A DNA stretch of 64,000 nucleotides from contig CBDDDZ010000005.1 of assembly GCA_965226795.1 (NCBI GenBank), positions 1,760,001 to 1,824,000 on the forward strand, read 5' to 3'. How positions within the stretch are numbered: the stretch's first letter is position 1; each line of letters opens with the position of its first letter. Source of the DNA: Candidatus Latescibacterota bacterium. Lineage in GTDB: Bacteria; Latescibacterota; UBA2968; GCA-2709665. This document shows positions 41,824 to 51,856 of the stretch, in pieces. A program made the position numbers and the translations under genes. The notes beneath the pieces were generated by a model. That model was not told where the DNA came from, made no database searches, and worked only from the letters and a program-made list of their open reading frames with translations.

Positions 41824-42330
41824 ATGCAACAAGAGTATCATCTCGAACAGGAATTAACGCTGCTGGATCCTGACCGGACCCGCCTCCGTCGGGATGAATT
41901 CACGGATTTGATCCTGGAATACCGGGGTGAGTGCCAACCGGTTACGGCGCATCGCGCCTTTCCGCTCACGGCTACCGGTGAATTCATCGTCCTCAGGAGT
42001 GTCGACGGTGCGGAGATCGGTGCTATCCGGGACATTGCAAGCCTGGATGATGAAAGCCGCAACACCCTCGAGTCCGACCTGGAGCGCACATATTTCGCAC
42101 CGGTCATACTTCAGGTAAACAGACTTGAAGAAAACTTCCACATCCCGAAATGGGACGTGGAAACCGATAGTGGCCACCGCGTATTCGAGGTCCGCAGCCG
42201 AAGGCGCGACATACGCGTCATGCCTGGAGGCCGGATTCTGCTCAGGGATGTCGATGGAAACCGCTATGAGATTCCCGACTACAGAGTGTTGGATCCCGTC
42301 AGCCGCGCCCTCGTCGAGACGTTGATCTGA
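41824..42330 (+). CDS. DUF1854 domain protein (copy 2)
   Basis: RAFPLT...I......EIG.I, WDVETDSG, DVDGNRYEIPDY..LD..SR. Confidence 0.88.
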   Translation: MQQEYHLEQELTLLDPDRTRLRRDEFTDLILEYRGECQPVTAHRAFPLTATGEFIVLRSVDGAEIGAIRDIASLDDESRNTLESDLERTYFAPVILQVNRLEENFHIPKWDVETDSGHRVFEVRSRRRDIRVMPGGRILLRDVDGNRYEIPDYRVLDPVSRALVETLI

Positions 42331-42339
42331 TCGCCGGCT

Positions 42340-42358
42340 GCCCGGCCGGAACGGCCGG
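42340..42358 (+). terminator. GC hairpin after DUF1854
   Basis: CCCGGCCG-GAA-CGGCCGGG; no U-tract. Confidence 0.35.
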
Positions 42359-42569
42359 GGTCGTCCGCGTTCAGTGTCTTGTCCTGTAATGGGGCCCGTT
42401 GACGGTTTGTGCACGCGGCCACCGCGATCCCAGCCTTCACAGAGGGGTTCGCCACGGACTTTCTGATCGCCCATTGTCCATTTCCATTCCTGACATACAT
42501 CGTGTTTCAAAATAGAATATTGCCCCCGGATACCCGCAACCGTCATTTCGAACCACAGGAGATGTCCCG

Positions 42570-44420
42570 ATGAATACCACCGCACACGGCTCGGCGCCGG
42601 CCTCGCTCGACGGGGAATTGATCCCGCAGGCACCCCTGGACGATATCGATCTGGATAGCCTCGTCTACCACCGGCTCTGCCGGGTCGACGAATTCAAGGA
42701 GGGCGAAGGCAAACCCTTTACCATCAATGGCTCCCACATCGCCGTCTTCCTTTACAACGGCGAGTTTCAGGCCGTGGACAACCGCTGTCCTCATATGGGT
42801 TATCCCATGTCCAAGGGTAGCGTCCGAGACGGCGTGCTGATCTGCCACTGGCATCACTGGGAATTCGATCTCAAGACCGGAGGCTGTTTCGAAACGTCGG
42901 GTTCGGGAAACGATCTCAAGAGCTTTCCTGTGGAAGTGAGAGAAAACGCTTTCCTCTACATCGGCATGGCAGCCGATGAACGGCAAGCTGCCCGCCAGAG
43001 AATGATCGACCGTGGCAGGTATATCCTCGAACAGGGATTGAAGGATCGAAGTTCACTCATTATTGCCAAGGGCGTAACCGCGCTGCGTCACGCGGGCGCG
43101 TCGCCGCAGGAAATCATCCAGCAGGGCCTATTCTACGGGTCGTACAAAACCACCGAAGGCTACTCCTCAGGTCTCGCCATCCTGACGCTGTGCGCGAACC
43201 TCTGGCACGACATCGCCGACCGTGACCACAATCTATTCCTCGTTCATGGCCTCGTACAAATCTCCCGGCGCACCACCGGAGGGTCCCGCCGACAGGGTTT
43301 TCCATTGCCCAAAGCAACAGACGAACCGGACCTGATAACCTACAAGCGCTGGTTCAGGCGTCTCGTGGAACAGCGGAACAGCAATGCGGCCCAGCGTATT
43401 CTTATCACCTTGAACGACCGCGGGTTTGACAAGGAGGCCATTGCAGACGCGGTCCTTACTGCTGCAACCGACTACTACTTCACGGGGGACGGCCATGCGC
43501 TGGACTTTGCCAACAAGCTTTTTGAAGCCCTGGATTATGTAGACTGGCAGGGCGCCGGCGAGATTCTGCGCCCCATCGTCATCGACCTCATTACCCGCAC
43601 CCGTCACGAGGAAACAGCCCGCTGGCAGGACAGCGTGCCGATCCTGGAAGACGTTTTCTCGCGTCTGGATGACATCTGGCGGAAAAACCAGGAAAACGAA
43701 GCCATCCTGGACACTTCGGTATTCGCTCAGGTACTATTGGGCGAAGAGGTCGCGCCCATTGTCTCAGAAATCGAAGCCCATCTTCGGCAGGGGGTCGACC
43801 CCGCGCAGATTTGCCGATCCATGGTCTTTGCCAGTGCCATCCGAACCGCCCGCTTCCACTTGAAAAACGAAGGCGACTGGCACGACGTGGCCAATATCTA
43901 CTCCTACGCGCACGCCCTCTACCGCGCGTTCCAACGCGCTCCTTCCGGGAACCTGCTTCGCGGCATATTCCATGGCGCTGTATTTCTCACCTACTTGCGG
44001 TGGCTCAACATGCCTGCGGCCCGTGTGCCGAAACCCGGCCAGCGTCTGAACGGCGCCTTCGACTCGGAGGCACAGATGCTCGCCCGCCTTCAGGAATTCG
44101 CCGATTTCCAGAAAGTCTACGAAGCAGAATTACTCGTGAACCAGTACCTGGAAGAAGGCCGCGACATTACACGCCTGAAACACACCCTCGCCCACATCAT
44201 GCTTCGTGAAGACGCCGAACTCCATATGTTCCAGGTCCTGGAAGCGGCATTTCGCCACTTTGACATCACGAACGACCCGGAAGAAAAACGCATGCATCTG
44301 CTGGCGGCCACCCGTTACATTACGGCCCAAAAGGTCATGAAAGCCATTCTCTGGTCGACCGAAAACGCGGAACGGCTCCAGCGCGGCGATATGTTGAGCG
44401 AACGGGAAGACGATAATTAG
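42570..44420 (+). CDS. Rieske [2Fe-2S] domain fused to a large helical domain of unknown function
   Basis: CPH-x16-CHWH Rieske ligands; about 470-aa helical C-terminus with GHALDFANK, WHDVAN, ELHMFQ; AGGAG RBS. Confidence 0.88.
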   Translation: MNTTAHGSAPASLDGELIPQAPLDDIDLDSLVYHRLCRVDEFKEGEGKPFTINGSHIAVFLYNGEFQAVDNRCPHMGYPMSKGSVRDGVLICHWHHWEFDLKTGGCFETSGSGNDLKSFPVEVRENAFLYIGMAADERQAARQRMIDRGRYILEQGLKDRSSLIIAKGVTALRHAGASPQEIIQQGLFYGSYKTTEGYSSGLAILTLCANLWHDIADRDHNLFLVHGLVQISRRTTGGSRRQGFPLPKATDEPDLITYKRWFRRLVEQRNSNAAQRILITLNDRGFDKEAIADAVLTAATDYYFTGDGHALDFANKLFEALDYVDWQGAGEILRPIVIDLITRTRHEETARWQDSVPILEDVFSRLDDIWRKNQENEAILDTSVFAQVLLGEEVAPIVSEIEAHLRQGVDPAQICRSMVFASAIRTARFHLKNEGDWHDVANIYSYAHALYRAFQRAPSGNLLRGIFHGAVFLTYLRWLNMPAARVPKPGQRLNGAFDSEAQMLARLQEFADFQKVYEAELLVNQYLEEGRDITRLKHTLAHIMLREDAELHMFQVLEAAFRHFDITNDPEEKRMHLLAATRYITAQKVMKAILWSTENAERLQRGDMLSEREDDN

Positions 44421-44582
44421 GGCCCGGATAACGGAAGCCGCGGGGTCAGAGCCCGAAATTTGTCGGTCCGGAACGGCCTCAACGGGGATGTCCGGCCACG
44501 GAAGTATTCGGCAGCAGATTCCTGATTCACGCCACGTGCGGACTCCAGCACGGGTGTTCGTGTGGAAAGAAATCGTTACTCT

Positions 44583-47500
44583 ATGAAAATCTCCGAATAC
44601 GCCATACATAAGCCCATCACCACGGTGATGGTTACCATCAGCGTCGTGGTCCTCGGCATCATTTCCCTCTTTCGCCTGCCCCTCGAGTACCTGCCGAACA
44701 TTACGTTCCCCGTTATGTACGTCAATGTCGACTACCCTTCTTCTTCGCCCGAGGAAATCGAGAGAGAGATTGTCAGGCCCCTGGAAGAGGTGATGGGTAC
44801 ACTCTCCCATGTGAAGACACTGAGCTCACGGTCTTACGCCAACCGGGGCTACGTGCGGTTGGAATTCGAACTCAATACGGATATGGACCTCATGGCCGTA
44901 CATGTACGCGATCGTCTCGATCAGGTACGAAACGACCTTCCGGACGACGTCGAGCGCATTTCAATACGCCGCTGGAACACCGAAGATTTTCCGGTGTTGA
45001 CTTACGCGCTGAGCTGGCAGGGGAGAGATCAGTCCGAACTTGCGAGCGTGTTCGAATACACCATTCTTCCGCGCCTGCAGCGGCTGGAAGGCGTTGGCAG
45101 CGTGGTGGCACAGGGTCTGCGAGAGAAAGATCTGCTCATTGAAGTCGATCAGAACCTGCTGCATACACACAATCTGGATATCCGCGCGCTCAACAGGGCG
45201 ATCAACTCCAACAACGTCAATATTTCTGCAGGCTACGTCAACGAAGCCGAGAAACGCCTTGCCGCACGCACAATTGGCGAGTTTGAGAATGTCGACCAGA
45301 TCAGACATCTTCCCCTGCCTAACGGTGTCGAAGTGGGTGATGTCGCGGACGTCAGTTACGACTTCCCGGAAGAGAAGAATTTCGAACGCCTCGACGGCCG
45401 GGACGCGGTCACGATCGACATTCGCAAATCCTCCTCGGCCAACCTGGTGGCTACTGCAAACCGGGTCAAGGCCGAATTCGAGCGCATCCGGAGCGACATC
45501 GGCGGCGGCAAGCTCCGGACGCAGGCCATACGCGACCGCTCCCTGGATGTTACGACGGGCATTCGCAACCTCACCCAGTCGGCCATAGTGGGCGGTTTCC
45601 TGGCCATCAGCGTCATCTTTGTTTTCTTGCGGAACTTCCGGAGCACGCTCATTATCGGCTCCGCAATCCCGATTTCGGCCATCACCGTTTTTATGGTGAT
45701 GTACGTCCTCCGGCAGGTCTTCGGATCCAACATCACGCTCAATCTGATGTCCATGATGGGCCTGATGGTCGCCATCGGTATGCTCGTCGACCCCGCTGTC
45801 GTCGCGCTGGAAAACATCTTCAGGAAAAGGTACGACGAGGGACAGACGCCCTTGAACGCGGCTCTGGATGGAAGCCGGGAAATCGGGATTCCGGTTCTCG
45901 CCGCCTCGCTGACAACGGTTTGTGTTTTTGTGCCTATTATCTTTGTGGCCGACTCCCGTAGCGCCCTGTTCATGCGGGATTTCGCCCTCACGGTGTGCAT
46001 TTCCGTGGGCGCCTCCCTCTGCGTGGCGCTTTCTCTGATCCCTCTGGCGGCATCCAGGGCATTCAACAACAGCGCCTCGTATCTCGACCGCTGGCTCAAG
46101 GTCGCGCTGGCACTCCTGGTACTGGGCCTTGGCGGCTACGCGGTCTACGTCGAAGGTCTGCGAGAATCCGCCTCGTGGCTCTGGGAAAATGCGAACAGTC
46201 TGCTGGTGGGCCTTTCGACATTACCCGCCGTGGCGTGGCTGTTGCTGGTTTTGCTGCTGGCAGGTGTCGGAAGTCTGTTGTATTTGTCCCGAAAGACCGG
46301 CGGTATCAAGTATCTCTACTCCCGCCTGGTTGTCACCACGCTTCGCTACAGGTGGACCACCGTCTCAACCGCCTGCGTGCTTCTCGGCGCCGGGTATTAC
46401 TTTTTCACGCAGATTGAACAACAGCCCTATCGCTGGCAGCCAACGCGTCGGGTTGATATCTCCGTTGAGTTGCCGCGAAGCTACGACATCCGGGATGCGC
46501 TTGCTTTGTTCGAAAGGCTCGAAGGCATCCTGCTGCCGCAAAAAGAGAAACTGGACATCGCGGCCATGAGCAGCCGGTTCAGCGACCGGCGGAGCAATCG
46601 CATTACCCTCTACCTGGTTCCGCCCGACGAAGGCAGGCATTCCACCGACGAAGTGACGCGCAGAGTCAAAGCCATACTGCCGAAGGACATCCCCGGCGTA
46701 CGGTTCAAATCCGGCAGAACCTGGGGTAGCAGTTCCACCGGAGCCGGCGTCGAAATCAAGGGTCGAAACCCGGATGTACTCGCCATGCTGGCGGAGGACA
46801 TCCGTCTGCGACTGCAGGGCATCAGCGGGGTGCACGAAGTCGAAACCAGCCTGGAATCCGGCAACGAGGAGATCCGGGTCACTATCAACCGGCACCGCGC
46901 CAGGCGCTATGGGCTTACACCCTGGGAAATTGCCACCACCGTTGCCAGTGCGCTGGGAACCCGGGGCAATAGTAAGTTCAAGACCGAGAACGGGGAAATC
47001 GACATCGCAGTTCAACTCAAGGAAGAGGACCGAGCCACCCTGGAGCAACTCAGAAACACGTATTTTGAGAGCGACACGGGAAATATGGTCTCATTCGCCA
47101 GCCTGGCGGACTTTCGTGTCCGCAAGGGTCCTCAGGCGCTCGAACGCGAGAACCGGATGTCCACGCTGACCGTATTCGCCAATACGGAACAACAGGCCGT
47201 CTTCTCCGTCGGCCGCGAAATGAGCAGCCGGATGCGCGCGATACCGCTACCGGCCGGTTATTCGTGGCAGATGGACCGCCGCTTTCGCTGGATGAACCAG
47301 GAACAGGGAGAAACCAACCTTACCATGATCTTTGCGGCGCTTCTGGTCTATATGATCATGGCTGCCCTGTTCGAGTCCTACGCGCACCCGTTTACAATTA
47401 TGTTTTCCATTTGTTTCGCCTTCATCGGGGTCTCGTTCGGTCTATATGCCTTTAATATCCCCTTGGACAGCAACGCAACCTATGGTCTGCTCATCCTTTT

Positions 47501-47849
47501 CGGCATCGTTGTGAATAACGGCATCGTTCTGGTCGACCATATCAACCGCTATCGGAAACAGGGCCTCTACCGTCGTGACGCCATCATCCGGGGCGGGCAG
47601 GACCGATTGCGTCCTATTCTAATGACCGCGTCCACCACCATCCTGGGCCTCGCTCCCCTGGTTTTACCGATGATCTACGGCACGGCAGAAGGAACCGCGC
47701 GTCGGTGGGGCCCGATCGGTTTTGTGGTTATCTCGGGGCTGATGGTCTCGACGATTCTCACGCTGGTCATCCTGCCGACCGTTTACTCGCTCATAGACGA
47801 TCTGGCGACTTACATGAAGCGGACGGTCGCTACCGTGAGAGGCGTGTGA
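44583..47849 (+). CDS. RND efflux permease (AcrB/AcrD/AcrF family)
   Basis: SSPEEIEREIVRPLEE, GMLVDPAVVALEN, TTVCVFVP, ALFES..HP, RLRPILMT. Confidence 0.95.
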   Translation: MKISEYAIHKPITTVMVTISVVVLGIISLFRLPLEYLPNITFPVMYVNVDYPSSSPEEIEREIVRPLEEVMGTLSHVKTLSSRSYANRGYVRLEFELNTDMDLMAVHVRDRLDQVRNDLPDDVERISIRRWNTEDFPVLTYALSWQGRDQSELASVFEYTILPRLQRLEGVGSVVAQGLREKDLLIEVDQNLLHTHNLDIRALNRAINSNNVNISAGYVNEAEKRLAARTIGEFENVDQIRHLPLPNGVEVGDVADVSYDFPEEKNFERLDGRDAVTIDIRKSSSANLVATANRVKAEFERIRSDIGGGKLRTQAIRDRSLDVTTGIRNLTQSAIVGGFLAISVIFVFLRNFRSTLIIGSAIPISAITVFMVMYVLRQVFGSNITLNLMSMMGLMVAIGMLVDPAVVALENIFRKRYDEGQTPLNAALDGSREIGIPVLAASLTTVCVFVPIIFVADSRSALFMRDFALTVCISVGASLCVALSLIPLAASRAFNNSASYLDRWLKVALALLVLGLGGYAVYVEGLRESASWLWENANSLLVGLSTLPAVAWLLLVLLLAGVGSLLYLSRKTGGIKYLYSRLVVTTLRYRWTTVSTACVLLGAGYYFFTQIEQQPYRWQPTRRVDISVELPRSYDIRDALALFERLEGILLPQKEKLDIAAMSSRFSDRRSNRITLYLVPPDEGRHSTDEVTRRVKAILPKDIPGVRFKSGRTWGSSSTGAGVEIKGRNPDVLAMLAEDIRLRLQGISGVHEVETSLESGNEEIRVTINRHRARRYGLTPWEIATTVASALGTRGNSKFKTENGEIDIAVQLKEEDRATLEQLRNTYFESDTGNMVSFASLADFRVRKGPQALERENRMSTLTVFANTEQQAVFSVGREMSSRMRAIPLPAGYSWQMDRRFRWMNQEQGETNLTMIFAALLVYMIMAALFESYAHPFTIMFSICFAFIGVSFGLYAFNIPLDSNATYGLLILFGIVVNNGIVLVDHINRYRKQGLYRRDAIIRGGQDRLRPILMTASTTILGLAPLVLPMIYGTAEGTARRWGPIGFVVISGLMVSTILTLVILPTVYSLIDDLATYMKRTVATVRGV

Positions 47850-48520
47850 AACAGCTTGCCGTTGTCCTGCTCAGTGGCGGGTTGGACAGCTGCGTTACCA
47901 CCGCTGTCGCCCGCCAGAATTGCGACCTTGCTCTTTTTTATCTCGACTACGGCCACCGCACGTGCGCCCGTGAACACCGTGCGTTTGGGGATATCGCCGA
48001 CTATTACCATGTACCAGAACGCCGTCGCCTGACCGCCCGAACGGACGCACTCGAACAAATCGGCGGCTCGGCGCTGACGGATCGCAACGTTCCCGTTCCC
48101 GACGCCAAAATCGACCGAAACGACACCCCGGTTACGTATGTGCCCTTCCGAAATGCCCTTTTCCTCAGCATGGGCGTTTCGTGGGCCGAATCCGTTGGCG
48201 CCACGCGTGTGTATCTGGGCGCGGTCGAAGAAGACAGTTCAGGATATCCCGATTGTACGCGAGCGTTTTGTGACGCGTTCGCCCGGGCGGTTGATTACGG
48301 TACTCTCCCGGAATCCCACATCAGAATCCTCGTTCCTGTTATCCACCTCAGAAAGCACCAGATCGTCCGACTGGGTGTGGAACTGGGCGCCCCGCTTCAC
48401 CTAACCTGGTCGTGCTATAGAAACAGCGACCGCGCCTGCGGTCGCTGCGATAGCTGCATCCTCCGTCTGGAGGCTTTCAGGACGGCCGGTATCCCCGACA
48501 CCATCCCCTCCCACTACTGA
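47846..48520 (+). CDS. queC: 7-cyano-7-deazaguanine synthase
   Basis: VVLLSGGLDS, TYVPFRN, GYPDC, TWSCY, CGRCDSC; GTG start overlaps the RND stop (GTGA). Confidence 0.96.
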   Translation: MKQLAVVLLSGGLDSCVTTAVARQNCDLALFYLDYGHRTCAREHRAFGDIADYYHVPERRRLTARTDALEQIGGSALTDRNVPVPDAKIDRNDTPVTYVPFRNALFLSMGVSWAESVGATRVYLGAVEEDSSGYPDCTRAFCDAFARAVDYGTLPESHIRILVPVIHLRKHQIVRLGVELGAPLHLTWSCYRNSDRACGRCDSCILRLEAFRTAGIPDTIPSHY

Positions 48521-48550
48521 GAATGTCAGGCGTCCAACACGGTCAGTGCG

Positions 48551-49699
48551 TTACTGATCCGGATCAATCTCCTTATAAAACCGCTTCTCGCCGTCCCTGA
48601 TGGTCATGATTACCGCGCTTTTGGTTGGATGACGGTTTTCGTTGTAACGTGCGATACGCGTTGCACCCGAATAGTCTCGGGTTGCCGCCAACTGGTCTCG
48701 TATCGCCTCGGCATCGAATCTCCCCGCTCGGTCCACCGCATCCAGAAACAGCTTGACCGCGTCGTAGCTCACCGCGTCTCCACCCCCGGGCGCGGTCCCG
48801 TAGTCGGCTTCGTACGCCTCAATAAACGCCCGCGCGCCGGGTTCGTCCGTGTGGGATGAAAAGTGACCGCTGAAGTAGCTTCCTTCCACATCGTCGTCGG
48901 CACGGGCCAGCAGGGCCGGATTGTCCCACACGTCGGCCCCGAGAAAGACCACTGGCTCTCCGGATGCGGTTTGCAGCGAAATTTCCCTCGCCTGCCTAGC
49001 CACGAGGGACACGTCTGGTGCTTGCCCTGAAATAAAGAAGGCTTCTGGTCTGGCCGCGGCGATGCGGGCGAGTTGCCCCGTGAACACCGTTTCGCCGCTT
49101 TCGTAGAACTCATTCACGACAACCGTACCGCCGATTCCGGTGAAACGGGAAACGAAGAACGCCGAAATGCCCTCGGTATAGACATCGTCCTTCAAGGTCA
49201 GGACCGCCACCGAGGTCAGACCCAGATCCTCCCTGGCGAAACGGGCGAGGACAAGACCCTGGAACCGATCCGTAAATGCAGCCATAAATACGAAATCACC
49301 GGCGCCTGTAACGTCCGGATTGGTGGCGGCCGTTGTGATCATGGGCAGGCGCTCGCGTTGCGCGACCGCACCCACCTCCACCGCATGGGTCGAGCGATTG
49401 GGACCAATGAGCGCGATGACCTTGTGGGTGCAAATCATCAGTTCGGCCGTCTGGACGGCCACGGCCGCGTCGACGATGTCAAGCCCAACAACCAGTTCAA
49501 CGGATCTGCCGAGCAACCCGCCGGCGAGATTGATTTCGTTTATCGCGACCCTGGCCGCATCCGCATAGGAAGCACGGTCTGGCGATCCAAGGAACCCGAT
49601 CCTCACGGTATCCTGCGGCCCCGGATCCTGTGTCTTGCCACAGCCCGGGGTAAGCATCAGTGAAAACAAACACGCAAAACAAACGAGTCTCACGACCAT
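48551..49699 (-). CDS. branched-chain amino acid ABC substrate-binding protein (LivK/LivJ-like), probable lipoprotein
   Basis: LTPGC lipobox-like, EINLAGGLLGRSVEL, ATNPDVT, FTDRFQG, YDAV. Confidence 0.9.
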   Translation of the reverse strand: MVVRLVCFACLFSLMLTPGCGKTQDPGPQDTVRIGFLGSPDRASYADAARVAINEINLAGGLLGRSVELVVGLDIVDAAVAVQTAELMICTHKVIALIGPNRSTHAVEVGAVAQRERLPMITTAATNPDVTGAGDFVFMAAFTDRFQGLVLARFAREDLGLTSVAVLTLKDDVYTEGISAFFVSRFTGIGGTVVVNEFYESGETVFTGQLARIAAARPEAFFISGQAPDVSLVARQAREISLQTASGEPVVFLGADVWDNPALLARADDDVEGSYFSGHFSSHTDEPGARAFIEAYEADYGTAPGGGDAVSYDAVKLFLDAVDRAGRFDAEAIRDQLAATRDYSGATRIARYNENRHPTKSAVIMTIRDGEKRFYKEIDPDQ

Positions 49700-50161
49700 A
49701 TCCTGATCCAATACCCTTGATCCGACCACAACGGAGAAAAAAACACCTTCCCGTTCAGTGCCAACTCGAAAGGCGCACAATCCGGAAAAACACGTTTGGC
49801 AAACCCACGCGTTTCACCGGCCTGAAGAATATGGCCCGGAAGGACTTGTCATTCCAGCCTTTCTTAATGAAATCAGTAGATCACGAATGGTCCGTAGACC
49901 GACGGCCGTGCCGGGACCGGCACGCGCGGTAAAACGAAACCTCCGTGTCAAGCTTCAGACATGCCGGCTAACGTCGACGTACCCCGACTCATGTCCTTCC
50001 CCGGGAATATTTCAGCATTCCAGCCGGTTCATCCCGCCCGGGTGCGTTGCCTGCGCTGCCTGCGTTGCTCGCGCTGAGCTTTTCGAAGTGAACTTGCCGA
50101 AACGAGCCTCTCGAAACGACTCGCCGGCCGAATCTCGACAATCTATTTCTGGGACAGAACG

Positions 50162-51538
50162 TTAGTGGACCGCCGCAAGCGCTTCGTCCATCATCGACTG
50201 TCGTTCACGCGAATCCTTCCAGCGCTTTTGAATATCGGGCGCCAGGCAGTCGATGGGATCGAAATAGAAAAAAAGCTCTCCCGGCCGCACAGTGGGACTT
50301 GCGAATACCGCAATGCCCGTTTCTTCGTTGTAATGTTCGTAGGAATGCCCGTCTCGCTTTCCGCCCCCGCCCAACGTGTCCACAATAAAGGTTGGCGTGT
50401 TGAACCCGGCCGTCGCACCGCGCAGGTTCTTTTCGATTTCAAGACCGGCGCGCAGCGTTGTCCGCAGGTCCTCCACCCCCCGTACCAGATCGTGGAAGAA
50501 TACATAATAGGGTTGTATATTCAGGTAACTCAGCCGCTTCACCAGCTGCTTCATCGTTTGCGTATCGTCGTTTACGCCGCGCTGAAGCACGGCCTGATTC
50601 CGTACCGTTACGCCCCGCTCCATCAGCAGGTCCATCGCATCCTGCGTGACTCCGGTTATTTCATCAGGATGATTGAAGTGGGTGTGCATCACCACTTCCT
50701 TGTGCATTCTCCGCCCCCGGTCCACCACACCGACCAGCGCATCCACCCAATCGACATCGCTCAGGATCTTGCCTGGCATAACCGCAGGGCCCTTGGTGGC
50801 AAACCGAAACCGCCGGATATGCGGTATATCCAGCAGGGTCTCGCCCACCTCCCGGATCTGCGCCGCCCTGAGATTGTATACGTCGCCGCCGCTGACCACC
50901 ACATCTTCAACCTCGGGGCGCGACCTCAAGTACTCGAACACCTGACCCCAGCGTCTTTTGTTAGCGCTCAGATGCACCTTTTCCACGCCATCCGTATCGA
51001 GCCCCACGGCATAGCTGCGAGTGCAGAAACGGCAGTAGACCGGACAGGTATCCAGCGTTAGGAAAAGCGCCCTGTCGGGATATCTGTGGGTAAGTCCGGG
51101 AACGGGAGAATCTCCCTGTTCGTTCAGTGAATCAAGGTAAAGCTCGGGGTGATCCGGCAATTGCTGTGAGGCCAAAGGCAAAAACTGGGTTCGCAGCGGA
51201 TCCGAGTACGGATCATCCCAGTTGATCAGGCTGAGAATATATGGCGAAATCCGTATACTCATCGGCGCCCAGCGTAACCCCTCACGCAGGTCTTCATAAA
51301 AGCCCGGCCCGACGAGTGCGCCAAGGACTTCCTGCAGGCTCTCCACGCTTGTTGGTGAATTGCGGGCTTGAAAAAGGTGGGAGTGGAATGTTTCCGCGTC
51401 CACTTTCGCATATGCCGGAATCGTCTGCCAGAACGCATCCCTGCATAACCGGCGATGTGCAAATGCAGCCTCCCGTTCAGCCTCGCCTGCCATAGCGCCG
51501 TCGTCAACATCGACGCCTGCGGTCTCCATATCTGACAC
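50162..51538 (-). CDS. KamA-family radical SAM/PLP aminomutase (lysine 2,3-aminomutase-like)
   Basis: DPLRTQF, GLTHRYPDRALF, CPVYCRFCTR, HFNHP, NQAVLQRGVND, GGGGK. Confidence 0.93.
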   Translation of the reverse strand: MSDMETAGVDVDDGAMAGEAEREAAFAHRRLCRDAFWQTIPAYAKVDAETFHSHLFQARNSPTSVESLQEVLGALVGPGFYEDLREGLRWAPMSIRISPYILSLINWDDPYSDPLRTQFLPLASQQLPDHPELYLDSLNEQGDSPVPGLTHRYPDRALFLTLDTCPVYCRFCTRSYAVGLDTDGVEKVHLSANKRRWGQVFEYLRSRPEVEDVVVSGGDVYNLRAAQIREVGETLLDIPHIRRFRFATKGPAVMPGKILSDVDWVDALVGVVDRGRRMHKEVVMHTHFNHPDEITGVTQDAMDLLMERGVTVRNQAVLQRGVNDDTQTMKQLVKRLSYLNIQPYYVFFHDLVRGVEDLRTTLRAGLEIEKNLRGATAGFNTPTFIVDTLGGGGKRDGHSYEHYNEETGIAVFASPTVRPGELFFYFDPIDCLAPDIQKRWKDSRERQSMMDEALAAVH

Positions 51539-51710
51539 TATCCCTCTCAGTTAGGTTGTTCAACTGTCACGTCCGTCTTGGCGGGCATGGCTTCTTCTGG
51601 CCGAGTCGCAATACGTTTCAGACGACTGTTGTCGTCATTTAACACGGATGCATGTTGCGCGTTGCTCCGCCAAGGAAACACCACGTGTCGAGAACCACTC
51701 AAAGCGACAT

Positions 51711-51738
51711 ATGATATCAACCTTACGAAAATTGTCAA
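51711..51738 (-). promoter_or_regulatory. candidate sigma70 promoter for the KamA gene
   Basis: TTGACA-16 nt-TATCAT with extended TGn. Confidence 0.5.
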
Positions 51739-51856
51739 GGGTTTTCCCGCGTCGGCTCCCGTTTCCAGGAAATTCCGCTTGTTCGAATTATTTATCCTTC
51801 TTATATTTCATAAGTTAGAGAGAGTCTCCTCCTTAACAGAGGCAAAACCGAAAACC

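Noticed and set aside
47846..48520. queC as part of a Dpd or QatC-type defence system
   Set aside because: Canonical ~224-aa QueC with no dpd, qat or nuclease genes nearby
50044..50079. Four degenerate 9-bp tandem units (GCGTTGCCT-like)
   Set aside because: Too short and degenerate, no spacers, not CRISPR, no supported ORF
51547..51738. 63-aa ORF upstream of KamA as a possible leader or RiPP precursor
   Set aside because: Its TTG start coincides with the predicted -35 box, it has no precursor-like features, and KamA enzymes act on free amino acids
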